Positions 1 through 12,450 of a stretch of 64,000 nt of DNA are shown piece by piece. The stretch covers positions 12,214,001 to 12,278,000 of the forward strand of contig OZ024756.1 of assembly GCA_964016885.1 (NCBI GenBank), in the 5' to 3' direction. Source of the DNA: Eledone cirrhosa (lineage: Eukaryota). A program made the translations under genes and the position numbers. Positions within the stretch are counted from its first letter, which is position 1. Each line of letters begins with the position of its first letter. Under the pieces are notes generated by a model that saw only the letters and a list, made by a program, of their open reading frames with translations, was not told the origin of the DNA and made no database searches.

Positions 1-457
1 CTAACAAAATACACCACCCCCACCCCATCCACACCGCCCCTTTCAATGTAAAGTTATGTTGGTGCCACAACATCCAGGCCGAAACAAATGAGATCGTGTA
101 GGTGTCACGACAAAAAAACACACAGTCCACGCTGTAATGTGGCCGTGTAGGCAACACGGTAAAAACCTCCCAGCCCCACACTGTAAATGTGGTTGGTGTT
201 AGGAAGGGCATCCAGCTGTAGAAAACCCGCCAGACAGTCCACGCTGTAATGTGGCCGTGTAGGCAACACAGTAAAAACCTCCCAGCCCCACACTGTAAAT
301 GTGGTTGGTGTTAAGAAGGGCATCCAGCTGTAGAAAACCCGCCAGACAGTCCTATGCGAGCAAGACAATCACTCTTGCCTCAAGTGGGAAAACCCCCGTC
401 CAAACCCATGCAAGCGTGGAACACGGACGTTAAACGTTGATGATGATGATGATGATG
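1..457 (+). mobile_element. RTE LINE 3' UTR fragment with internal ~110-bp duplication and (GAT)n tail
   Basis: Matches 2027-2368 and 53687-54043. The segment ACAGTCCACGCTG...GCCAG is present twice, and the fragment ends AAACGTT(GAT)n. Confidence 0.85.
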
Positions 458-817
458 TTGTTTATTATGCTATTAAATAGCTCTGTACAATACATAGAAC
501 ACTCTTCGTTCCTTTACCTTTTCTATGGAAATATATATAATAATAATGAAATTATTGTGTACAGTGCTCAGGTGCACTACAACTCATCAAAGATGCATGT
601 ATAGTACATAGAATAATGTACAATTGTCAGGAAAATGAACAGTGCATGAGTCATGATATAATAATAATAATAATGAAATATTGTGTACAGTGCCCAGGTG
701 CACCACAATATATATATATAAACTGTAGGAATTTAGAGTAGAGACTTTCTGTTATTTTCTTTACTATTTGTTATGTTCTCCAGCAAATTTCTAACACATT
801 GCCAACCATTATGTTCT

Positions 818-1005
818 GGTGGATTGGCAGTATTGGTAGAGAGTCGGACACCATTCTTTGCAGCAAAGGGTTACGTCCCTTTATGGTTTGAGTTCAAATC
901 CCGCCGAAGTTAACTTTGCCTTTCATCCTTACGGGGTCGATAAAAATAAAGTACCAGTAATGTACTGGGGTAATTGCTGGCCTTGTGCCTAACGTAGAAA
1001 CAATT
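818..1005 (+). mobile_element. tRNA-derived SINE with Nin/Deu-like central domain
   Basis: A-box-like TGGCAGTATTGG, B-box GAGTTCAAATCC, then ACTTTGCCTTTCATCCTTACGGGGTCGATAAAAATAAAGTACCAG. Many copies occur in the window. Confidence 0.8.
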
Positions 1006-1159
1006 ATGTTCAGCTTCCATTTCTACCATATTGTCTCTTATATAATCTAGCAACTTCCATGAGAGTCTACAAAGTTATCAAAACTAAAACTCGCAAGATA
1101 GAATCTCCTAGAACGACTGCATTACTAGATTTCTATTTAATATTCTGCCATGTAAGCAA

Positions 1160-1418
1160 ACATACACATGCATATACACATACACATATATACACATACA
1201 TGCATATATACATATATGCATACACATACATACACATACATGCATATATACATACAAGCATACATACATGCATATACACATGCACACACATACATGCATA
1301 TATACATACACATACATACACATATATACACATATATACACATATATACACATATATACACATATATACACATACATACACATATATACACATACATACA
1401 CATATATACACATATATA
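1160..1418. repeat. (CATA/TACA)n microsatellite
   Basis: Direct reading; it produces the spurious HIY/YTH-rich ORFs. Confidence 0.95.
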
Positions 1419-1423
1419 CCTGG

Positions 1424-2368
1424 ACGTTACCTGGGCGATAAAATCAGCAGTGGGGGAGGGTGCTCTGAAAGTACAGTAGCTAGAGTCAGAACTGGTTGGA
1501 AAAAGTTCAGAGAGCTTATACCACTATTAGCTGCTAAAGGGTTCTCCCTAAAAATGAAAGGCAGGTTGTACGATGCCTGCATACGAACAGCAATGTTGCA
1601 TGGCAGTGAGACCTGGGCATTGTGTGCAGAGGATATACGCAGACTAGAGAGGAACGAAGCTTGCATGCTCCACTGGATGTGTAACAGTAATATACGTGAA
1701 CGGCAAAGCATAAACGAACTAAGGAAAAAATTAAAAGTAAGAGGGATCAGATGTTGTTTACTCGAGAGAAGGCTACGTTGGTATGGACACGTGATGCGCA
1801 TGAAAGTCGATAGCTGTATAACAAAGTGCAGGGCAATAAAGATAGACGGTAGCCGCGGAATAGGCAGACCTAGAAAAACCTGGGACGAGCTGATAAACTC
1901 CGACCTCACACACTTACACCTCTCCAAGACAATGTCACTGGACCGAGACCTTTGGCGGTACTCAGTAACAGAGAAGACCCGCCTTACCTAAATACATAGT
2001 AAAACCTACTACAGCCAGTAGGCATCTCTAACAAAATACACCCCGTCCCACCCCCACCCCATCCACACCACCCCGTTCTATGTAAAGTTATGTTGGTGCC
2101 GCGCCATCGAGGCCGAAACAAATGAGATCGTGTAGGTGTCACGACAAAAAAACACACAGTCCACGCTGTAATGTGGCCGTGTAGGCAACACGGTAAAAAC
2201 CTCCCAGACCCACACTGTAAATGTGGTTGGTGTTAGGAAGGGCATCCAACTGTAGAAAACCTGCCAGACAGTCCTATGCGAGCAAGACAATCACTCTTGC
2301 CTCAAGTGGGACTACCCCCGTCCAAACAAGCGTGGAACACGGACGTTAAACGTTGATGATGATGATGA
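1424..2368 (+). mobile_element. 5'-truncated RTE-clade LINE (RT C-terminus plus 3' UTR)
   Basis: YLGDKISSGGG...MLHGSETW...RRLRWYGHVMRM...GRPRKTW motifs; near-identical to 53114-54043; (GAT)n tail. Confidence 0.92.
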
Positions 2369-2460
2369 TATACACATACATACACATATATACACATTTG
2401 AAGACACACAACTCCCATAATAATTTATTAACATTACCTGTTTACTGAATATCTGTTAAC

Positions 2461-2872
2461 TGGTGGTGATGATGATGATGATGATGGTGGTGATGGGGGC
2501 GGGGTGATGGTGGTGGTGATAGTAGTTGTGGTGGTTGTGGTGATGATGATAGTGATGGTGGTGGAGGTGGTGGTGGTGGTGGTGATAGTAGTTGTGGTGG
2601 TTGTGGTGATGATGATAGTGATGGTGGTGATGATGGTTGTGGTGGTGGTTGTGGTGATGATGATGATAGTGGTGGTGGTGGTGGTGATGATAGTGGTGGT
2701 GATGATGATGGTGGTGGTGGTGATGATGATAGTGGTGGTGGTGGTGGTGGTGATGATAGTGGTGGTGGTGGTGATGATAGTGGTGGTGGTGGTGGTGGTG
2801 ATGGTAGTGATGATGATGATAGTGGTGGTGGTGGTGATGGTAGTGATGATGATGGCGGTGGTGGTGGTGATT
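2461..2872. repeat. (GGT/GAT)n trinucleotide low-complexity repeat
   Basis: Direct reading. Confidence 0.95.
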
Positions 2873-3666
2873 ATGTCTGATTACCTAACGGTGGAGTTTG
2901 TGGAGGTGAGGTGCTGGTTCCTAATCAACTCCTCAACAGGTGGTCACTTCTCAGGTACATGTTGCTACAGCTCACAACCAAATGGTTGACAACTTCACTT
3001 TGTAACCAAGTCTCAAGTTTAATTCCACTTGTCACATTTTGGTCGTCATTTACTGTAGCATCAGGTTGACCTCTGTATTGTCACAGAAATTTGGTAGACA
3101 GAAACTGTTTGGAAGTCCATCGATCGACAGTACAGGACCATCTTTGTCGCACTGAATCGTCTTACGTTGAATTTTCCATGCTGCCATGGGTTGGATGGGA
3201 CTTTTTGAGGCAATATTTTATTGCCCAGTTCCCTTCCTAACACCAACCCTTTTAGTCATCTTAGGAGACACAGGAGACAGTGTACCTATTCTAAACTGGA
3301 TGTGCATAGTGAATCTCCCTGAGAATTACATTATGGGTTCATGTGTATATGGAATACTCAGCCACTTACAGGCTGATTTGATGAGAAGTGCAACACTGAT
3401 CATTGAAAGCAACAGATGTCCACATAGCAACAGCTGTAGCCCCAGTGAGGTCAAACAAACCCAGGATCACCATTTCGCCCCTTTTTTTTTAATCATGCCA
3501 CATTTTGTATCTAATTATATATACATACACACACACACACACATAATTGGAAATACTTTCTAAGTAGAAAATTGAAGAGTGACTTCGAAGTTTCAGCTTC
3601 GCTGCTTCAACTGTGTCCCCATGTCTAAATGAAGTAACCAAACTGAAACTTCGAAGTCATCATCAC

Positions 3667-4177
3667 TTTTGTAGCAGAATCTCGCTCTTTTCTGGCAGAA
3701 TCTCACTCTTTTCTGGCAGAATCTTGCTCTTTTCTGGCAGAATCTCACTCTTTTCTGGCAGAATCTTGCTCTTTTCTGGCAGAATCTCGCTCTTTTCTGG
3801 CAGAATCTCACTCTTTTCTAACAGAATCTCGCTATTTTCTAGCAGAATCTCGCTCTTTTCTGGCAGAATCTCACTCTTTTCTGGCAGAATCTTGCTCTTT
3901 TCTGGCAGAATCTCGCTCTTTTCTGGCAGAATCTCACTCTTTTCTGGCAGAATCTCGCTATTTTCTGGCAGAATCTCACTCTTTTGTAGAAGAATCTTGC
4001 TCTTTTCTGGTAGAATATCGCTCTTTTCTGGCAGAATCTCATTATTTTTGTAGCAGAATCTCACTCTTTTTTTGGCAGAATCTTGCTCTTTTCTTGCAGA
4101 ATCTCGCTCTTTTCTGGTGGAATCTCACTCTTTTCTGGCGGAATCTCACTCTTTTCTGGCGGAATCTCACTCTTTTT
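3667..4177. repeat. 21-bp minisatellite (GCAGAATCTCGCTCTTTTCTG), ~24 copies
   Basis: Direct reading; its ORFs show 7-aa periodicity (SGRISLF). Confidence 0.95.
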
Positions 4178-4607
4178 CAGTGTGCCTAATTACATCACAT
4201 GGCACACATGCGCTTACATAGCATGCCAGTGGACTGAGGTGAACCATTGTACTGAGATGCACAATTTCAGTGCCACTGAGATAAAATGTTATTAATATTT
4301 TTAAACCTTATGGCAGATAACCATCCACCTACTGCTGCTGATAATATATTGCAAGTATTATTAGAATATCTGCTAATAGAATCTACTTTGGGATTTATGG
4401 TTGGGTTTTTAAAGCCTTTAAAGAAGAAATTAGCTTTATTAGGACTTATGGAAAACTGCTTTCTCTGACTATCTGCTGAACACTCTGAATAATTTGCTAA
4501 TTCACATCTTAATGGTTACCAAGTGGCCGCTTTAGATGGTAGGGTTCTACTCAATTACGATGAATGAATCTAAATAAATTGCATGTCATTATCTGTGTGT
4601 CACTGGG

Positions 4608-4672
<65 letters not shown>

Positions 4673-6399
4673 TACACACACACACACTCTCTGCCGTATC
4701 TGGAGTGTTTCTCTCTCTCTTTCTTTGTTTTGTGTGTGTGTCATTGTATTGTTTCTATATATGCCACTGTCTGTATATGTCACTGCATGTCTGTATATGC
4801 CACCGTGTGTCTGTGTATGCCACTGTGTCTGTGTATGTCCCTGTGTGTGTATAATATTTCTCTATTTTTGTATATCTTCCAAGGTTCCTTTTTTTATTTA
4901 ATTAATTTCAATGTATATATGCTTATATATGCATGTGTGCATATATATATATGTGTGTGTGTGTGTTTGTATGCACACACACACACATTTTATATATATT
5001 GTATCCTGCAACATCTCTATCGTTATACCATGTTTTATTTCCATTTTCCCCATTACAGGCTTCTATCTTGCTCAGTCCCCCCACCCACTACCTCTCCCCA
5101 TATTTCTACATATGCCAGATATTTAGTCAAGAATTAAAAGTGTACAACTTGCATATTTTCATGTATTATCTCCCTTGCCAACTCTTCAACCAACTTCCTG
5201 AGTAAAGAATTAAAATGTACACTCTGGTGTTTGATGGAGGGAATATAAAGTTAAGAGTACTCTTTAGTCTTGCTACGTACATGACAACCTCCCTAGTGTT
5301 GGTACTACAATGAAATGTATCCAATACACACTATAAAGTGATAGTACTGGTGCCACGATAAAAGCATCCAGTCCATTTTGCAAACTTGATAGGTGTTAGA
5401 ATGAACATTCAGTCATAGAAACTTTGTCAAATTATGGAATGTATTAACAAGACCTGGTTCTTCAACCTTATCTAACTTTGAGCCATGATTACCTATCCAA
5501 CTCACACCAGCATGGAAAACACTAAAATTAGTCTCTGATGTGTCTTAGCACTTTCTTCCTCAAATGGTTACCTGTACTTCATTTTTGTATGAACCTGTAA
5601 CTGGTGAGATATATGGTTGTCATAGTGACATACAGCATATCAGGTATTTTAATTCTGGCAGAACACTGCGATTTCTTTCAAAGAAGAAGAAAGAGAGGGA
5701 AAGATATAAAGGAAGAATCGACCCCAGTACACAACTGATACTTATTTATCAAACTCAAAAGGATCAGAGGTAATGTTGATCATAGCAGGTTTTGAACTCA
5801 AAGTGCAGCAAGCCAGAACAAATACCCCCAAAGCATTCTATCCAATGTTCTAACAACTCTGCCAATTTGCCACATGTTGTTCCGGTCTGACATATATCTA
5901 AAACCCTGTTTTCAATATTTGACCTTCATTCTAGTATGTCTCCTAAATTCTGCCGATGTTGCCTGATAATCCATAATCTTTACCAAGATTTACAAACAAA
6001 CCTCTTAGAATTTTCTATAAGATTCCAATTTAATTAGAAACTTTTCCTTTGTTCTCTGTGCTACATAAATGTAGATTAATTTTCTTAATCCTTCTTTTCT
6101 AATCCTCGTTCCTTCCAACTCTATTTCCTATCACCCAATATTTAAATGATTCCGATTAACGTTGCATTCGCAGTCTGGTTTTTACTTTCCTCTACTTTCC
6201 ATATCTACTTTGCTAAGCTATAATGCTTGGATATAGCTTAGGAAATGGTGACGGGATTAAATAACTTACAAATAATGCTATTAGGGAATTCTTCTACTTA
6301 CCGTTGTTGTTGGGCTTATTGTTGTTACTTTAGGCAGATCTGAAGGACTTTGCTAAAATTGATTATGCTATATGGAAACTCCTAGAATAGAGACCATTC

Positions 6400-6444
<45 letters not shown>

Positions 6445-7156
6445 CATACATTCACACACATGTGTACATCTTTATATATGTCTGTTTGTGTGTTTCTTTG
6501 TCTCTGACTCACTTAAGCCTTCTGTAAAATACTATATATTCTCTTAATGTGATTTTCAGTGTTGTTCTCTATAAAATGCTTATTGTTACATCAGAATGTA
6601 TGTCGTACATTATCTGGGAACCATTGTATAAATCTGCAACTATACAACATACAGAGATATAGATCAATATCATAATCTTTCTATAACTTCATCGATGGAT
6701 CTTAGCAAATATAATAATACAATATAATGATATGATATAATTCATTTGAGTTCTAGACATCCCAGAAACTATAAAGTCTAGGACAACAACACTGAGCAGG
6801 TTTAATGTTGAGCAACATATGATTTATTCCTCAAACATTTGTCAACATTATAACACTAATTCACAGTATATATTGGTAGTTTCTGGAATATTTACACCTC
6901 AGTTGGCATCTAATATTTTGAAACGCCCAGTATAACCCTTTAATGGTCAAACCGGCCAAAACCGGCCAGAATTCTCTATCTTTTTCTATTGAAACTGGCT
7001 GTAACTGGTCGCTCGAACTGATATTAAGATATTGTTTTCAAAATAAATACTTTCAAAATCTCATAGATTCGAAATTATGTGAGATAATTATGTGAGGTAA
7101 AGCCTTTACCATGAAAATATAATAGTATATATAGAGTAATGTGAATGTTATGTGAG

Positions 7157-7379
7157 ATACACACAGTCCACGCTGTAATGTGGCCGTGTAGGTAACAAGG
7201 TAAAAACCTCCCAGTTCCACACTGTAAATGTGGTTGGTGTTAGGAAGGGCATCCAGCCGTAGAAAACCCGCCAGACAGTCCTATGCGAGCAAGACACCCA
7301 CTCTTGCCTCAAGTGCGAAATCTCCCGTCCAAACCCATGCAAGCGTGGAACATGGACGTTAAACGATGATGATGATGAT
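7157..7379 (+). mobile_element. RTE 3' UTR fragment nested in the MITE
   Basis: Same sequence as the RTE 3' UTR at 2152-2368; (GAT)n tail. Confidence 0.85.
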
Positions 7380-8562
7380 ATGTGAGGTAAAGCCTTTACC
7401 ATGAAAATATAATATTATATATAGAGTAATGTAAATGTTATGTGAGATATTATGTGAGGTAAAGCCTTTACCATGAAAATACAATAGTATATATAGAGTA
7501 ATGTAAATGTTATGTGAGATATTATGTGAGGTAAAGCCTTTACCATGAAAATATAATAGTATATATAGAGTAATGTAAATGTTATGTGAGGTAAAGCCTT
7601 TACCATGAAAATACAATAGTATATATAGAGTAATGTAAATGTTATGTGAGATAAAGCCTTTACCATGAAAATACAATAGTAAATATAGAGTAATGTAAAT
7701 GTTATGTGAGATAAAGCCTTTACCATGAAAATATAATAGTAAATATAGAGTAATGTAAATGTTATGTGAGATAAAGCCTTTACCATGAAAATACAATAGT
7801 AAATATAGAGTAATGTAAATGTTATGTGAGATAAAGCCTTTACCATGAAAATACAATAGTAAATATAGAGTAATGTAAATGTTATGTGAGATAAAGCCTT
7901 TACCATGAAAATACAATAGTAAATATAGAGTAATGTAAATGTTATGTGAGATAAAGCCTTTACCATGAAAATATAATAGTAAATATAGAGTAATGTAAAT
8001 GTTATGTGAGATAAAGCCTTTACCATGAAAATACAATAGTAAATATAGAGTAATGTAAATGTTATGTGAGATAAAGCCTTTACCATGAAAATACAATAGT
8101 AAATATAGAGTAATGTAAATGTTATGTGAGATAAAGCCTTTACCATGAAAATACAATAGTAAATATAGAGTAATGTAAATGTTATGTGAGATAAAGCCTT
8201 TACCATGAAAATACAATAGTATATATAGAGTAATGTAAATGTTATGTGAGATATTATGTGAGGTAAAGCCTTTACCATGAAAATATAATAGTATATATAG
8301 AGTAATGTAAATGTTATGTGAGGTAAAGCCTTTACCATGAAAATATAATAGTATATATAGAGTAATGTAAATGTTATGTGAGGTAAAGCCTTTACCATGA
8401 AAATACAATAGTATATATAGAGTAATGTAAATGTTATGTGAGATATTATGTGAGGTAAAGCCTTTACCATGAAAATACAATAGTATATATAGAGTAATGT
8501 AAATGTTATGTGAGGTAAAGCCTTTACCATGAAAATATAATAGTATATATAGAGTAATGTGA
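7380..8562. repeat. 60-bp tandem repeat (some 72-bp variants), ~19 copies
   Basis: Successive 60-base lines are near-identical (AAATATAGAGTAATGTAAATGTTATGTGAGATAAAGCCTTTACCATGAAAATACAATAGT). Confidence 0.95.
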
Positions 8563-8579
8563 ATGCTAAAGGGTTAATG

Positions 8580-8795
8580 CTTTCTGAATTAGGCACAAGG
8601 CCAACAATTTTTTTTTTTTGGTGGGGGGGTCAATTAAATCAACCTCAGTGCGTTACTGGTACTTTATTTTATTGACCTCTTAAGGATGAAAGTCAAAGCT
8701 AATCTCGTCAGGATTTGAACTTAGAATGTAAAGGCATGTAATATGTCATAAAGCCTGTTGTCCGATGCTCTACCGATACTGTCAAGCCTCCACCC
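8580..8795 (-). mobile_element. tRNA/Nin-domain SINE, degraded
   Basis: Reverse complement of the SINE at 818-1005 (CTGGTACTTTATTTTATTGACC...GGATTTGAACTT). Confidence 0.7.
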
Positions 8796-8999
8796 TTACA
8801 ATAATTCATTGATGGATCTTAACAAATATGGGGCTCAGGATTTATTTTTTATAGTTACCCTTTTGTTACCATAATTCAAATAAATTATTTTCAAATATTT
8901 TGAAAATAATTAAAGATTCAGAGTTATTTAGTAATATATCAATTTATACATTTTGATTTGCTTTTATTCATTTTAATACATTTTTGTTGCTATTTACAG

Positions 9000-9123
9000 A
9001 ATGTTGTTGTGGAACATGTCCGTATGGTCATTGACCTGCTTTGTAAGGATATAAAGAGTGCATATGAACCCCTCTGGGAAATGCCAAGTCACACAAGAAT
9101 ACTGAAAGACGCTCTAATGGAAA
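9000..9123 (+). CDS. Host gene internal exon (NVVVEHVRMVIDLLCKDIKSAYEPLWEMPSHTRILKDALME), phase 0 to 1
   Basis: T-rich tract plus TTTACAG acceptor, GTAAGA donor at 9124, open helical-looking frame; joins in frame to 12451. Confidence 0.8.
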
Positions 9124-9144
9124 GTAAGATACAAAACAGTTCAT

Positions 9145-9198
<54 letters not shown>

Positions 9199-9199
<1 letters not shown>

Positions 9200-9598
9200 C
9201 GTTTCTGAATTTGTTTAGCAAGATTCTTTATCTGAAATCGTGTGTTGAAACCGATATTGTTATACTTTGGGAGGGTCATGTTGCCAATAAGAAACACACG
9301 CACCAGTTGCTTTCACTTCAATTTAATTTAATATATATTTATAAATTTACAAATAGAAGGATAGAAGAAAGGAAAGGCACAGAAACGAAGAAAGAAATCC
9401 CCAGTCACTGAAGAGGTCACAGAGTGTGTGACGAAAGAACTATGACTATATATATATAAACAACTATCTGGTTGTGGAACCAACCAACCAACCAGAAATT
9501 TATAAATTTGTAAATTTATAAATATATATTAAATTAAATTGAAGTGAAAGCAACTGGTGCGTGTGTTTCTTATTGGCAACATGACCCTCCCAAAGTAT

Positions 9599-9606
<8 letters not shown>
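9199..9606. mobile_element. Fold-back non-coding element in (TA)n: ~100-bp inverted repeats (9254-9353 / 9506-9606) with a hammerhead in the spacer
   Basis: Arms read as exact reverse complements; flanked by TA tracts on both sides. Confidence 0.75.
9403..9447 (+). ncRNA. Minimal type I hammerhead ribozyme
   Basis: AGTCA-CTGAAGA-G-GTCACA gagtg TGTGAC-GAAA-GAAC-TA/TGACT. Stem I is AGTCA/TGACT, stem II has 6 bp, stem III is minimal, and the predicted site is CUA (after 9442). Confidence 0.75.
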
Positions 9607-9633
<27 letters not shown>

Positions 9634-9637
9634 CATA

Positions 9638-9669
<32 letters not shown>

Positions 9670-9770
9670 AATACATATATATATACATACATCCAGATAT
9701 ACACATACTCATACATACATATATATATACATACATATATATACACATACATATGTATGTACATACATAC

Positions 9771-10151
9771 ATGGTGGCTGCCAACTCGTTTTCGAGTACG
9801 GCCACTACTTTATATCCATGTAGGAGAACCCCTACCGATGCACTGAACGAGTGTGACTTTTTAGTCCAGCCAGCGACTTGAAAACTCTGGTACAAACACT
9901 ACACCTGTGACAATTATTGACACATAGTGCTGGGCCCATGGTACCATGTGACGACAAGTGCAGAGAGATCTCCAGATATAAAGCAATGCCTGTGCCGTGA
10001 AGCTTTTATAGTGAGCAAAGGCACTGCACAAAGCCAGTCCCACTCTCTTAACCAAGATGATATTTACCAAAAAGAAGAATAAGTCAACATCATTGGATAC
10101 CATCAGGGTTGCAGGTGTTATATCAGAGTTTTCCTTCTCCTAGAATTCTGC
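9771..10151 (-). mobile_element. 5'-truncated copy of a non-coding retroelement with (ATGT)n tail
   Basis: Near-identical to 54126-54506. Confidence 0.75.
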
Positions 10152-10226
10152 CTATGTATACATACATATACACATATATATATACATACATATATATATT
10201 TCTTTTAATTTTTTTTTATTTTTTTA

Positions 10227-11085
10227 ATTCACCTTGATCACCTTGACCGACCAGTCTGTTGGGCGTCCATTCAGCGCCGCTGGTCACAGCACGCCGTCCA
10301 TTCCTCTCTCATCGTGCTTTCCTCATCCATGTATTCCCAATCATATTCTTAAAATCGTAACTCCCCCCTCATGGAGGCCTTCCGAGTGGTCGTTTCTGCT
10401 CACGCGGGTACCACTCGGCAACTGCGCGGATCCACCGATTATCGGTGAACTGGCCGACGGGTCCAGCCCATCTGAACTTGCGCATATATTCCGTGATGAC
10501 GTCCCTCACGCCGGACTTCTGTCTGATGACTTCGCTCCTGATGTGCACTCTCAACGAGATTCCTAGCATTGATCTCTCCATGGCTCTTTGAGCCGTTACC
10601 AGTCTCTGCTCTTCTCTCTTCGTTGTAGCCCAAGTTTCACTGCCATATAACATTGCAGGTAAAACTGTGCTATTGAAGAGGTTGGCGTGAGTGGTCTTGT
10701 CCAACCTCCCCTTGAGCACATCCCTTATGCCGTTGAACGCCTTCCATCCGGCCCTTACTCTCCGCGAGATCTCCCTCTCAATGTCTCGGCGCATGTTCAC
10801 TTCTTGTCCCAGGTAGACGTATTTCATCACCACCAACCACCATTCGACCTGTTGGTACGTTGTCGGACCGCATGAACTTCGTTTTCATGCGGTTCATCTT
10901 GAGGCCTACTGCAGAGCTTTTGATGTCGAGCTCCGTCAGCATGGTCTGAAGCTGATCCGTGGTTTCAGCGATGAGTACGATGTCATCAGCGAAACGGAAG
11001 TGGGTAAGTATCTCGCCATTGATGTTGACACCGCCTTACCATTCAATGCCTCTGATGATCTGCTCGAGACATGCGGTGAAAAGTT
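10227..11085 (-). mobile_element. RTE-clade LINE 3' fragment (distinct family)
   Basis: LRFADDIVL, YVYLGQ, AMLYGSETW, KFRWAG, RPLGRPP motifs; frameshifted. Confidence 0.88.
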
Positions 11086-11496
11086 TTTATTACTTTTAAT
11101 TATTTTCAATTATTTTTAATTATTTTTTTAATTATTTTTCTTAAAATTTTTTTTTTTTTAATTATCTTTAAGTGCTTATGATTGCTTGTGTGTGCCTTCA
11201 CATGCCTCAGTCTCTTGTGAGAAAATTTGCCTGTATTATTATGTTGTCTAATAAACCCAGTACGCATTCTCTCCATCCTTCTCATATCCAATCTCCCTCA
11301 TGATATCCTGTACTGTTTCTCTACTGTTCTGGAGACCAGGCTTGGTAGAGTTTATATTCAGCACTATATTTTTATTTATTGCGCTCTGAGAAACCCTGCC
11401 CCACGGTATAGATGAAACATTGTTAGCGAATAAAAATTGTATAAGTATGTAGACGTTCTTTGATTTATTTTATCTATGTATATATATATATATATA

Positions 11497-12310
11497 CTAA
11501 CTGAGGCACTCGGCTTCTCCCGAGAGAACGGTTAAGAGAAGACGGATAAAAGAGAAAACGACTGTATTGGATGTGTTGTCTGGTTTACAGTATGAGGTGA
11601 GACTGTAATGTGTGTGTGAGAAAGATATAAAACAAAACAATCATAAAACTTCCTTATTAGGCATTTGAGTAAACTGCCAATTAAAATATAGAATTGGCCT
11701 TGGATTTTAAATGTTGTGAAATAACCATAGTCAGTATGATCTTTTTCAGCTCCAAAAGACATTATATTAAACACAGCAATATACCGCATAACATTGCTTC
11801 TGAAGTGTTTAGCTTCGTTAGTCCGGTCTGTAAGTAGTATATGAATAAAAGCCGGATGGTCCTCTATCAGTGGAAGTCTGACCTTTCCTCCTAAGCAACA
11901 CATACCAAATGTAATATCCATGTTACCAATCGCGACTTTAGGTTCATTTCTATAATTCTTCGATGGATCATATGAAAACGCAGCTCTTAGTCAGTTTATT
12001 CTGCCTTGAAGAGTCGTTTGTGCTCGTAGAGTTAGCATCACAACTGTCATTGCCTCTTGGTGATTTTCACATTGAACCTCTGTTTGTTGCAATAGTCTTT
12101 CTTCTTGCCTTAATCTTTCTGTTTCCTGTCTCAGGTTTTGTATACTTTCAGAAAGTTGCAATCGTCTTTCTTGTTGTCTTAACATTTCTGTTTCCCGTCT
12201 CATATTCTGCTGAATGTCACAATGTTGACTTGTCCTTTTATTCCCAAGTCTTTTTTTATATCGTTCATGAGTTTATCTTTCGTTTGAAGATTTCAGTACC
12301 ATTCAGTACT
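11497..12310 (-). mobile_element. Helitron Rep-helicase N-terminal remnant (deletion derivative)
   Basis: GMCCLGGKVRLP...AKHFRSNVMRY...MSFGA...TTFKIQGQFYILIGSLL is the RepHel N-terminal signature. Upstream are RQETERLRQ-type repeats, and a 3'-end-like hairpin with TTAGT lies near 11497. Confidence 0.8.
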
Positions 12311-12450
12311 TTTTCTCCAGTTCATTGAAACCAATTGATATTCATACTCACACACACATACATGCACATATACACATATTGAATTGTGTTTGTCTATATA
12401 AAACTTTCTGATCGCCAACTAATTCTTCACCTTGCTCTATTTTTGTTAAG

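Larger units (their letters stand above)
6936..8573 (+). mobile_element. piggyBac-type non-autonomous element (MITE) expanded by an internal 60-bp tandem array and an RTE-tail insertion
   Basis: Begins CCCTTTA and ends TAAAGGG|TTAA. Its body matches the short copies at 22189-22470 and 47918-48333. Confidence 0.8.

Noticed and set aside
818-910. tRNA gene-like A/B boxes
   Set aside because: No cloverleaf; these are SINE heads followed by the Nin-like domain.
3372-3444. Possible upstream host exon (ADLMRSATLIIESNRC...)
   Set aside because: Weak pyrimidine tract, and its end phase is incompatible with the phase-0 exon at 9000.
7359-8596. 373- and 393-aa repetitive ORFs
   Set aside because: Translation of the 60-bp tandem inside a MITE; no splice or coding evidence.
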